Assembly: GCA_951804945.1 (NCBI GenBank) | Contig: OX638160.1 | Coordinates: 27,342,001 to 27,406,000 of the forward strand | From: Podarcis cretensis | Taxonomy: Eukaryota | Length of the DNA stretch: 64,000 nucleotides | Reading direction: 5' to 3' | Shown here: piece after piece, positions 51,445 to 62,093 of the stretch | Layout: the number at the start of each line of letters is the position of its first letter | How positions within the stretch are numbered: position 1 is the first letter of the stretch | Notes under the pieces: generated by a model | Databases searched by the model: none | What the model saw: only the letters and a program-made list of their open reading frames with translations | What the model was told of the DNA's origin: nothing | Translations under genes and position numbers: made by a program

Positions 51445-52143
51445 TGGTTGGACCTTTGGACAACAAAGTAGTCCTGACTTTGCTGAAGGAGAAAAGGGAG
51501 ATTGCAGAGAAAGTGAATGAATTATTTACAGATGTCTTCACAGAGGAAGATGCAGGGCAGATCTTTGTACTGGCAGTAACTTTCTCAGGAAAAGAGAAAC
51601 TGACGCAAATGGTTGTGGCAAGGGACAAAGCTGTAGGCCTTACTGACAAATAAAAAATGAATAAATCACCAGGTCCACCTAAGAGCTCAAGCACAAAACT
51701 GATGATTTTAAAAATGCAACTTGTCTGTATTATCAACTTCCATATCTGAGGACTGGAAAGGGGCGAATGTAACAGCATTTTTAAATAAGGGATTCAAATG
51801 ATATTCCAGAAATTATATGACAGTTAGCTTAACACATGTTCTAGGGAAACTAGTGGAAAATATTATTAATGGTAGAATTCTCCTTGTCACAATGCTGTAT
51901 TAGACAAATTCCTGGAAGACAAAGATTATTAGTGGCCACTAGTCATTACGGCTATACATTACCTCCAGGATCTGAGGCAATATGCATCTCAGTACTGATT
52001 GAGTGGGGCAACAATAGCAAGGCGAAGGATATTGCTCTCATATCCTGATTACAGCCTTCTTGTGGGCATCTGGATGACCGCTATAAGAAGAGGATGCTGG
52101 ACTAGATAGGTTTTTGGTCTGATCCAGTATGGCTGTTCTTAAA
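51445..52143 (+). mobile_element. Degenerate CR1 LINE (pre-RT ORF2 piece joined to the 3' end)
   Basis: GPLD..EIAEKVNELFTDVFTEED, AATAAATCACCAGG (NKSPG), GAGGACTGGAAAGGGGCGAATGTAACA (EDW..ANVT) and AATTAT..GTTAGCTTAACA (NY..VSLT). It then jumps to TTAGACAAATTC...GGATGCTGGACTAGAT..GGTCTGATCCAG..GTTCTTA, the CR1 3' end. Confidence 0.8.
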
Positions 52144-53717
52144 TACTTAACATCTGGAGGACAGGCTACCACCAATAGCTAGTGTCCTCTATTTGGCTTG
52201 ACAGGTCACAAACAGTGAAAGCCTAAAAGGGGGTCCTTTCCATGTTTCACCTAAACTGAAGGCAAACTGTGACATCGATTACCTTCATGCAAATATTGTG
52301 CAGTCATCAGTCATCTCCAATTTGGTGATCACTGATCAATGAGCTATCCGATCCTGCTTTAGCCATTGTGATCTCTTGCCAGGATGCCCAACACATACTG
52401 CTTACAGCATAAGGGTCCTGCAAGTAACTGATAAATCCAATTAGAGGTTTATTGTATGAGTGTACCCCTTGTTGTTTAGTCCGCAAAACATAAAACTGTA
52501 GCCAGGGTACATTTGTGGGAGCTCAATCTGGTGAAATCTGGTGAGAGAACAGGAGGGTATTGTAAAGCTTACACGCCTCACCTTTTGTGTTCTTGAGTAA
52601 AGAAGTAGCACGAGGAAGATAAATGGGGGCTTTAGAGACAGGTTAACTGCATGGTATCAGGTCTGTGTGATTTTATGCTGCCATTTCCTCAGCTTGTTGG
52701 TATCAGGTTTGCTAATCGGTGATATTTAAGTATTCTCAATGAATTATAGAAAACTCTAAGAAGATATCATAATATTCACTTAGAATCATACTGCAAGATA
52801 TCCTCATCTAGGAGTTCCAAGCTTTAGTTACTAATACAATCAGAAGATCCCTAAAACTGAACTATTTATTTTACATGCTTTGGTTCAGTACTACCATGAT
52901 GTTTTAAAGTACCCATTTTAAACTTTTTTTTAATTGATCATTTCATTTTTTTGTAAACCGCTTCGAGGTTTCCTTACAATCAAGCGGTATGTAAATTTCG
53001 TTATGATTTCACTCTTACTGTCTAGGGCTTTGCAGTAGGAGTTGGGAACTTTTGGTCCTCCAGATGTTGAATTACCAATCCCTTCAGCTCCAGCAAGCAT
53101 GGCCAAAAGCCTGGGAAGAGGGGAGTTGTAGTTCAGAAACATCTGGAGGGACAAAGATTCCTGTATCTGCTTTATGGGGGTCTCATGCAGTGGTCTTTCC
53201 CATCACCTGCTCCCTGATGCTTTTAACTGCAGGTGCCAGGTACTGAAAGTGGGACTTTCTGCATCTGAAGCATGAGCTCTGCCACTGAGATATAGTGCTT
53301 ATCCAGTATATCATTGTCCTGGAAAGCAAACCTAGGCATTTACTGCATTACCTGCAACTATTTTCTTGATATTAACTCACTACTACTACTAGTACTACTA
53401 CTATTATTAGTGTTGTTGTTTTTATATAGCAGTTTAAATTTGGAAAGTGCATTTGGATCTTTATCTAATTCATCACCATGTGAGAAGGTTCTGTATTATT
53501 AACTACAAGCTGGGACTCATTAAAATTTCATGGGTGAACAGGGAAAGCTGGGAATTGACTTCAGAGGATGTGTGTTTAAACTTCCCTCAAGCTATGCAGT
53601 GTGTCACAGATGCCCTCGGAGATACCAGGCTACCAGAGTCCTTCCGCAACAAACAAACAAAGGGGGGGGGGAGATGGGCAAAGTTCAAGGCACCACATGT
53701 TTTACAACCATTCAGAA

Positions 53718-54407
53718 CAAAATAAAAAAATTCCTTCCAGTAGCACCTTAAAGACCAACTAAGTTAGTTCTTGGTATGAGCTTTCGTGTGCATGCACACT
53801 TCTTCAGATACACTGAAACAGAAGTCACCAGACCCTTCTATATAGTGAGAAGGTGGGGAGGGGTATTACTCAGAAGGGTGGTGGGATTGGGTGATTGGCA
53901 GATAGCTGTGATGAGCCTGCTGACGACTCTTAACGACTGCAATAGGTCTTACAGGAAAAAGCAAGGGGTGAGAAGGTGAAAAATGGCTTTGTCATGTATA
54001 ATGAGATAAGAATCCAATGTCTTTGTTCAGACCAGGTCTCTCCATGGTTTTAAGTTTGGTAATAAGTTGCAATTAGTAGCTTCTCTTTCCAGTCTATTTC
54101 TGAAATTCCTTTGTAATAGAACAGCTACTTTGAGATCTTGTATAGAATGTCCTGGGAGATTGAAGTGTTCTCCTACTGGTTTCTCTGTCTTGTAGTTCCT
54201 GATGTCAGATTTATGTCCGTTTATTTTTTGGCGTAAGGTTTGGCCTGTTTGTCCAATATAGAGAGCTGAAGGACACTGTTGGCATTTGATGGCATACACA
54301 ATGTTAGACGATGAGCAATTAAATAGTCCCGAGATGGTATGTGTGATGTTGTTGGGGCCAGTAATGGTGTTGTCCGGGTGTATGTGGCAGCAAAGTTGGC
54401 ATCTGGG
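53718..54407 (-). mobile_element. Penelope-like element (Neptune-type GIY-YIG), 5'-truncated
   Basis: Encodes C..C..H...CSSSNIVYAIKCQQCPSALYIGQTGQTLRQKINGHKSDI...VGEHFNLPGHS (GIY-YIG endonuclease). After a 1-nt frameshift it continues LQLITKLKTMERPGLNKDIGFLSHYT* (stop at 53992). Flanked by a perfect 12-bp TSD AACCATTCAGAA (53706-53717, 54408-54419). Confidence 0.95.
53774..53811 (-). ncRNA. Minimal type I hammerhead ribozyme in the Penelope terminus
   Basis: Minus strand GTAT-CTGAAGA-A-GTGTGCATGCACAC-GAAA-GC-TC-ATAC: CUGANGA and GAAA cores, palindromic stem II, GUAU/AUAC stem I, minimal stem III. Confidence 0.8.
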
Positions 54408-54663
54408 AACCATTCAGAATTAAAGGAAACTGGTGCAGCTGCAATATGGCACCCTGGAACTGGCAAGCTTTTGCATTCATCTATGCATGGAAGAGGCTAG
54501 GAATATTATGTATAGAATCAGAGCTGGAAGGTGTCTCCAAGGTCAACTAGTCCAAACCACTGCTGATGCTTGAAACCCACCAACAAAGCCACCCAGTCAC
54601 TGCTAAAAACCTCTAGGGAAGAATTCAATATAGCACTAAAGTCCCTTAGCAGTGTACTAGATG

Positions 54664-54962
54664 TGAAGGAAATCAGCCCTGAGTGCTCACTGGAAGGACA
54701 GATCCTGAAGCTGAGGCTCCAATACTTTGGCCACCTCATGAGAAGAAGAGACTCCTTGGAAAAGACACTGATGTTGAGAAAGATGGAGGGCAAAAGGAGA
54801 AGGGGACGACAGAGGATGAGATGGTTGGACAGTGTTGTCGGAGCTACCAGCATGAGTTTGACCAGACTGGGGGAGGCAGTGGAAGACAAGAGTGCCTGGC
54901 ATGCTCTGGTCCATGGGGTCACGAAGAGTCGGACACGACTAAATGACTAAACAACAACAACA
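54664..54962 (+). mobile_element. Bov-B (RTE) LINE 3' fragment
   Basis: KEISPECSLEGQILKLRLQYFGHLMRRRDSLEKTLML...WHALVHGVTKSRTRLND; (CAA)n tail. Confidence 0.95.
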
Positions 54963-54989
54963 GATGTGCTAGCGGAATGGCTTGCACAA

Positions 54990-55385
54990 AAAAATGGCTG
55001 CTTTCCATATGAACCTACCTGGACCCTGAGATCATCCTCTGAGGTCCTTCTTTGTGGGCTTCATCCAGAGGGTAGCAACATTAGAACAGGCTTTTTCTGC
55101 AATGGCTCCCTGTTTGTGGAATGCTCTCCCCAGGAAGGTTCGGCTGGTCCCTTCACTATACCCCTTTAGGCACCTGGCGAGAATGTTTGTCTTCAACTAA
55201 GCCTTTGGCTGATTAACATCCGATGCCCTTTTAAATGTGTTGTGTGAGGGAGGATTTTTGGTTTGGTTTGTTCTTATTTTTATTAGGTATTTTGTGTTTT
55301 TATATTGTAATTTTATGTTGTGAACTGCCTTGAGATCTACGGATGTAGGGCAGTATACAAATTTAAGAAATCAATAAAATAAAAA
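54990..55385 (+). mobile_element. Old L2 3' fragment
   Basis: CCATATGAACCTACCTGGACCCTGAGATCATCCTCTGAGG..GTGGAATGCTCTCCCC..GTTGTGAACTGCCTTGAGATC..GGGCAGTATACAAAT, then an AT-rich tail. Confidence 0.7.
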
Positions 55386-56835
55386 TAAGTGTGTGTTTGT
55401 GTACACACACACTCACACACAAAAATGAATGGAGAATATTTTTCTCTGTATTTCAGTCAGTTTGTATAATTGGATATGGGCAGCATGTAATTAATTTGCA
55501 ACATTTGCATACTGTCAGTACAAAAGGATATAGTTCCTTTATTTGAATTTGCTAGCAAAATATAGGATTGGCTTTAGAAGTGCAAAACTCGTGGGGGAAA
55601 ATAATCTGTTAATATTTCTGTAAATCATTTTCATGCCTTTCTTATATAATTATAAGGGGAAAGAAGGGGGGGGGCTATTCATTCCTTTAATGGAAAGGAG
55701 CCAGTCTCAAAAGCTGAATGAGCTTTTATTACTATTGTTCAGCAAAAGACAACAGATGCTGCAACTATCTTTTTTCATGCCAGACTCACAATTTAGATCC
55801 GGCAAGGGACTTCTATTGAAATTCTGGAGAGACCTCTGTTCTCAGCAGTGCTGCTGTGCTAAGATTAATATTGGAGTCCATTGGCAGGACAATTCACATT
55901 GATGCACTTGATGTGCTTTTCAAAAGCATTCGTTTTAATAAAGAAATACTTATTTTACATAGCTGAGTTAGCAAGTGGTAATTAAAGGTAATCATTCTAT
56001 TCATTTAGGGTTCCCCCCTCCTCCTTATTCTCCACAACTGAATAATAGGACTGTTGTAAGGCAGAACATTGCCACTGCCCAACATTCTTTTGATAAAGCA
56101 ACGAAGATTTAAGAAAATTCTGTGATGAAAACAAAGTTGCACTAATTCCAATCTTTCCTTTGCAGCTGTGGTCCAAATTACAGAAGTTTTCCAGATACTT
56201 AAGATTGAGTCTAATTCACAGCGGAAAAGTTTACCAGTGGCATCTGAAAAATGTGTGATTTTTCTTTCAACATGGTGATTTGTATGACTATAATTATGAT
56301 GACTGTGGTCTTTGGGCAAAATACTACCTTTATTGTTACCTGCACGTACTTGCTTGCTCTGTACACACTCTAGCAGGGCCTTTTGTTGACCAGAAATGCA
56401 GAACTGAGGAGCCTTCAACAATATTCAGAGTAGTGTTTTATACAAATGGGCTCTAGAAATTTTCCACCCAATTTCTGGGCAGAGTAACTGGAGGAACAAT
56501 TTCACTGAATTTCTTCAAGAGTGAGGGGCAGAGAAATTCTCCAAGTTTGGAGAGGATGGACTCACCATTAGCAGCTGAACTCATTTTCTCTCCTGCCCCC
56601 GCCCCCCATGTTTCAGCAGCAACAGTAACTGTGTTGGCAGTCTAGCCCACCATTTTGAATGCCCCAGACCCAACATCATTCCAGGGCACTTGGGAGGCAA
56701 GGTAGAGAGAATGGCAGATGACACCAAAAAATGTGGAGTCATTCCCTCTTTCCAAGGAACTCTGGGAATTGTAACTGTGAAGAGAATGGAGTCTCCAAAC
56801 ACCTAAAGGGTGTTATCAGCATCTTTAACAAGCTA

Positions 56836-57031
56836 CCGTATTTTTCTCTCTGTAGGACACACTTTTTCCCCTCCAAAAATGAAGGGGAAATGTGCATCCT
56901 ATGGAGTGAATGCAGGCTCCTTGGCTTCAGCAATAGCAATGGGAAGCCTCCGAAGCGCAGAGGGAGCGCTCCCTTCGCGCTCCGGAGGCTTCACGTTGCT
57001 TTCGCTGAAGCCTGGAGAGCGAGAGGGGTCG
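56836..57031. mobile_element. One end of a TcMar-Tc2 (MER104-like) element
   Basis: TA|CCGTATTTTTCTCTCTGTAGGACACACTTTTTCCCCTCCAAAAATGAAGGGGAAATGTG..TATGGAGTGAATGCAGGCT matches the reverse complement of about 13700-13783. 90-bp internal palindrome at 56923-57012; no second TIR. Confidence 0.88.
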
Positions 57032-57400
57032 GCTGTAGGTGAGGATGTCCTGTGGCTCGACGGCTTTGGGCACGGCCCACAGCCCTCGGTAGGTGCACAG
57101 GACGTGTTGCTGCTGGCAGTCGCATGGCTCCGGGCACACAGGCTGCGCGGCGGGAGGCAGCAGAGCCAAGGAGCAGCAGAGGAGGAGGAGCGATATCAGA
57201 TGGCGGGGGCACGGCAGCTCCATCCTGCGAGGGCGGGCGGTGAGTGGCAGCTTCCCCCGATCCCTCGGCGTCTCTCCGGCATCCCACCCTCTCCTCTCTC
57301 CTGCTTTCTCTCTCTTGCGCGGTGGCTGCCGGTCAGGCTCCTCCTCTGTCGTTGGGGGCGCGCCTCTCAAACCCGCTGCCGAGGAGGGGATGGGAAGACC
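57032..57400 (-). pseudogene. TRIL: Captured 5' fragment of TLR4 interactor with leucine-rich repeats (upstream/5' UTR sequence plus 64 codons)
   Basis: ATG at 57223 (GCAGGATGG Kozak) gives MELPCPRHLISLLLLCCSLALLPPAAQPVCPEPCDCQQQHVLCTYRGLWAVPKAVEPQDILTYS. This matches the recalled TRIL N-terminus (human ..LALPPLAEPVCPERCDCQHPQHLLCTNRGLRVVPK...DVLTYSLGGNF). Similarity stops exactly at LTYS, where transposon sequence begins. Confidence 0.85.
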
Positions 57401-57487
57401 CTTAAAGTGGTATGATACTGATTTACATGTATAGTGCAGATGGGGCCTAAGTAAGTGCATGGAAGTGGATAGAGTCATGCACTAGAG

Positions 57488-57627
57488 CAGGCATAGGCAA
57501 ACTCGGCCCTCCAGCTGTTTTTAGACTACAACTCCCATCATCCCTAGCTAACAGGACCAGTGGTCAGGGATGATTGGAATTGTAGTCTCAAAAAACTGGG
57601 GGGGGGGGCCGAGTTTGCCTATGCCTG
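57488..57627. mobile_element. hAT-Charlie palindromic MITE
   Basis: TIR CAGGCATAGGCAAACTCGGCCC / GGGCCGAGTTTGCCTATGCCTG; TSD CACTAGAG/CACTACAG; family of 9044. Confidence 0.92.
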
Positions 57628-59607
57628 CACTACAGGAGAGGTGGGGGAACCTATTGCTCTCTAGGTGTTGCTGTACTCCAACTCTAAGCATGACCCAACT
57701 ACTGGCCCAGCTGGATGGTACTTGATGGGAACTGGAGTCCAACAGCATCTGCTTTAGGGGATACTTTCCCTGACATTTAGAGTTATATTTGAAATATGGT
57801 GCGGGTGTGAGACCTGTCTAAATATACCCAGTTGGGCATTGCTGTTCGAAAATGTATTCACACAAGCTGTGAAAAAAGAACTGTTCAGACATGCCAGAGG
57901 AAACTCCCCAGTGCTGTTAACAGTTCTATAGAATAAATTCAAGTTGCTACGTTGGAGGAAGCTTATGAAGCCTTTCAAGATGAGCCCGTCTTTTGCATCA
58001 ACTCGCCAGTCAGTTCCTTTCATTATCATTCAAACCCAGAAGGATCATTAGCTGAACACTTACTGGTTCACCTTCACCCTATGAGATACCACTGAATGCT
58101 ATAAAGAGACAGATAGGGAACAGCTTCTTGAAACTATATCCTTTATTGTCTTTAAGTCAAGGAAGACTCTTGAAAAGAAAAGATTTTTCTGGGATTATCT
58201 TGGGAAGCTATATTTTAAAAAGAAGAAGAAGAAGCACACCTTACAGTCTCAGACATGTCGAGCGAGTCTCCAGCTAAGCTATTTTTCATTACATATTAGC
58301 AAACCAATGAAATATGTTCAAGGGAGATCACTCGCATTTCTTATCCATCTAAAAGAAGGTGTCACTTAAGTAAAAAAAAAAGATTCTGGAAAGTGTGTAG
58401 GGCTTATTCCTTCCTGCATTATGTTAGTAAAAATGAATATTCAAGTCAGATTTTCTTTTCAAAAATTAACATTAAAAAATGGATGGAGTAAACATTTGAT
58501 CACACTAACCAAAACTTACCATCTGAAGCTATACAGTCTGGAAACAGGTCTGCCATTTCTTTTATTGTTTGTGAGAGCTATGCTGTTGTCTTTTATCTTC
58601 CATAACTAGGGGCTAGTTTTCCTTTGTGTTCCCCCTGAAAAGAAAAAAAAGATGTTTATTTTGCTAGAATTGACCTAGAATAATGTAGGTGAAAGTGGGG
58701 GACGGAATCCTGCCCAGTACAGAATATTGCAGAAGGGAGAATTCTGTCATAAGTAAATTCAATCCCTACAGCTATAGCAGAAAGAAGGGATACACAATGT
58801 GTTGCCCTCCAGATGCTTTTTTTACTACAACTCCCATCATCCCTGGCCATCAGTCATGCTTGCTGGGGCTGATGGAAGCTGGATTCCAGCAACATCTGGA
58901 GGGTGCCCTGTTGGCTACATTTTCCCCAAAATAACTCCAATCAATGTAACCCTTTATAATTATAATAAAAAATCATACTTATGATTTGCCAAAGAAGTTG
59001 GAAGAATCCCACACCAATTTCAAATAAATATAGTTCTATTGTTCAGATCTAGCTTCTGACAGATAATAGCTCCTTTCCCCAACCTCAAAGTAGGAAGGGC
59101 AAAGTATTCAACCCTCTACTTTGTGCAAATTAGAATAGTTTCAATGAATTTATGAAGATAACTAAACTGCATCAACTAAAGATAACACCCAACCACTTTG
59201 ACTATAATTGCCCCTTCCTCCTTTTTTTAAAAAAGGTACCATAGAAAGAATTCTACAAAAAACCTCAAGATTCTCTGTGAACCTTTTAATTGATGATTAC
59301 AGCTACTGTTTAGCCTAATGTGACCATGGACTAGTGGGCTCTACCAGATGGAAAGTAAACCCAACTGTTAAAAGATCTGTACCAGGTGACAAATTACCTT
59401 AGGGAGAAAGAGCTTTTGTGTTCAATAATTCACCATAGGAAATGTGGAAAATATTTCATTTTTTCAGGTGCCTGCCCTGTTCAGTCTATTCTTCACAGTG
59501 GATATTACAATCCATTCTTAGCGATTTGAGCTCATCTTATGGAATGTGATTTCATTAAACCATTTGCTAGCAGAGATGGACTAATATCTCCATGACTTCA
59601 GAATCTT

Positions 59608-59650
59608 CTTCCTTCCTTCCTTCCTTCCTTCCTTCCTTCCTTCCTTCCTT
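59608..59650 (+). repeat. (CCTT)n microsatellite
   Basis: Direct inspection. Confidence 0.95.
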
Positions 59651-62093
59651 TTACTTCCCTTCTCCAAAAACCCATGTGCAATGTTTTACTGATCTTTCAT
59701 AACCAATAACATAGAAACACTACACATAACGCCCCCTTACCAAAATAATAATAATAAAAATAATTATTGCAAATGCCCTCCCAATGGGACTTAACTCCAG
59801 GATACAGGGTAGCAGTCTAAAACTATCCAAACCACTGCATATACATGGGAATGCTATTAATGTATACTTAATACATTAGGGGCAGAGCAAATTAGGATTT
59901 TGAAATGTTATTTTTTTATACTGAAGGTCAGATTAGAACTGACATGGCATTAAGAGGCAAAAAAGATCGGTGAATAATCATTTGCCCTGACAACTCTCAT
60001 CTTCCAACCCTTCAATTAATGAATAGGAGCACTACCTTAAGCAAGTTTACACAGAAGCAAATCCCACTAAATGAAAAACAATTTACTCTCCTGTAGGTTT
60101 GCATTGGATTGTAGCCTGTGCAATCTTATACATGTCTACTCATAAGAAAGTCCCACTGACTTAAATGAGGCTTATTCCGGGGAAACGGGTATCCGACTGC
60201 AACCTAAGAGTCATCTCAATGCATTTACTTTGTGTTTAATTGAATAAGGTTATGATCATAAGCATAAATCACATGCTAAGGCAGCTCAGCCATTTCAGAA
60301 ATTCCTTGTGTGAGTTCACAGCATATTCAGTAGTAAAAAGTGCTCTCTGCACCCCTGCCAGTACATCTTTGTGATCCCTGGTGGTCTGCACTACAAGAGT
60401 TCACCTGACCCGGTTTAGCCAACGACAGTACATATGATCACAGTTGGAGATGGTATGAAAAGGGTATGGAACAAGCTGTGAGTGGTGCTCCTCAATTAGA
60501 GTGCCTTGAAGGTCAAACACTTCAAAAAAAAAAATATGTTCCCCTTGTGTCTACAAAAGAGTAGGGCATGCACTCTAGATCTATTATCACCAAGAAGCCA
60601 GGGCTGTTTTTTTCCCTAAATAAAAAAACCTATCACAATCCAATGAACTATGCTGTTGCATACATTGTTTTTGTGTGCTGCTGAAGGAATTTTGTATGCT
60701 CTGTTGCATGCATAGAGAATATCTATCCTGCAAGAGCTTTGTGCGCTAGAGATGGTTGCCATAACTACTACCATAGAAAGATGCATTGACAAATTCAGCC
60801 CTACAGTGTCTGTGGCTGGCACATTACCTTGTTGAATTATTCAATTAAATGTGATAATGAGAGCTCATTGACATCATTAAATACGCAGGTGAATAAAGAA
60901 TTCACTTTGAAGTACACTATTATCTGAAGCCAATTGTGAGTGAACAAGCAATACTTCTCACTACAGGGTACAGGTTTCGGAAAAGGAAACTGCATATGCC
61001 TACAAAAAAAGAGGGAGGAGTGCTTATGAGGTTGCATTTGCTGCCATCAATTAAGAATATATCGGGTTTTAATTAGATTCTCTCTGTTTACTAAGCTTTA
61101 GTTATTGTCCATTTTGAAGAAATAGGAGAAACAACAGGAAATACTCTTGACAAGGTGCAAAAGCAAATCACATCTGCTATCAACTACTTGATTGCTATGT
61201 CTGGAAATATTCTATGGCAGCCTTCACCAACCTGGGGCCCTCCAGATGTTTTGGACTACAACTCCCATTATCCCTGATAATTAACCATGGTGGGTATGGC
61301 TGATAGGAACTGTAGTCCAAAACATTTGTACTCCCAGTTGGTGAAGACTGTTCTGTCCTAGCAAAGAGAACCTGGAACAGTTTGCCTTTGGGCTCTGAAT
61401 GATGTTTCACCCTTCTACATCCATGAGCAATAATGCTTCAGAACTTGTGCTCACTCTTAGATATAGACAGAGATTTGGTAGAGAAGTTAATCATGTCAAT
61501 GCAGACAATGCTGAGCTAGATGGACTGATAGTCTATTATCAGGCAGCTTCTGGTGCTCCTGCTACCTGTTTTTTTTAACTGAAGATGTCAGTGTGATTGA
61601 ACCTGGGATCACTGGCTCCATCTCCAGGAGACCCAGGCATCCACAATTATTTTGCTGTGGGTGCCCAGCCTCTGCCCCTGCCACGGAATTGATTTGCACC
61701 ATAGGGCAATCCTAAAACCCAGTTATCAACCCTGAAGGAATCAACCCAGCAAACAGGCTGGATGATTCAGGACATGCACCCAATGCCTATGCCAAAACCT
61801 ACTGATATCTGTCATCAACAAAGTTGTGGCCGTTAGATCCCATGCTATTTGTTTTGTTATTATTTCTCATTGACACACCCTATCTCCCAATGGCCTGGGC
61901 TCACTGCACCTGGTCCTGCAAAAATTCACACCAAAATGCTGATTAAATTTCACCAATACTTTAAAATATATATATAAACTAATAAGGAAACATGGATAAC
62001 TTAAGAGAGGGAAAATGAGATAAGCTGACGGAATCACCCATCCCTAACTTCAACACAGGCCACAGAACCACAGAGCAGCAGGACAGCTTAGAG

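Larger units (their letters stand above)
56737..57447. mobile_element. PIF/Harbinger-like MITE split by the Tc2-TRIL insertion
   Basis: The left part 56737-56835 (..GGAACTCTGGGAATTGTA..TCAGCATCTTTAACAAGCTA) and the right part 57402-57447 (TTAAAGTGGTATGATAC..GTGCAGATGGGGCC|TAA) are collinear pieces of the family at 26647-26972 and 44703-45000. Confidence 0.75.

Noticed and set aside
51137-51778. 213-aa minus-strand ORF
   Set aside because: Antisense to a decayed CR1 and a purine-rich low-complexity tract.
56927-57400. Intact native TRIL or a LINGO-type LRR gene
   Set aside because: No LRRs follow LTYS, there is no splice donor at the break, and both flanks are pieces of one MITE.
56810-57415. 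Plus-strand ORFs of 201 aa, 113 aa and 63 aa
   Set aside because: Antisense shadows of the GC-rich TRIL fragment and transposon palindrome; no recognisable protein.
57224-57478. N-terminal extension of the 183-aa minus-strand ORF
   Set aside because: It starts in MITE/flank DNA and runs through the presumed TRIL 5' UTR; the credible start is the Kozak ATG at 57223.
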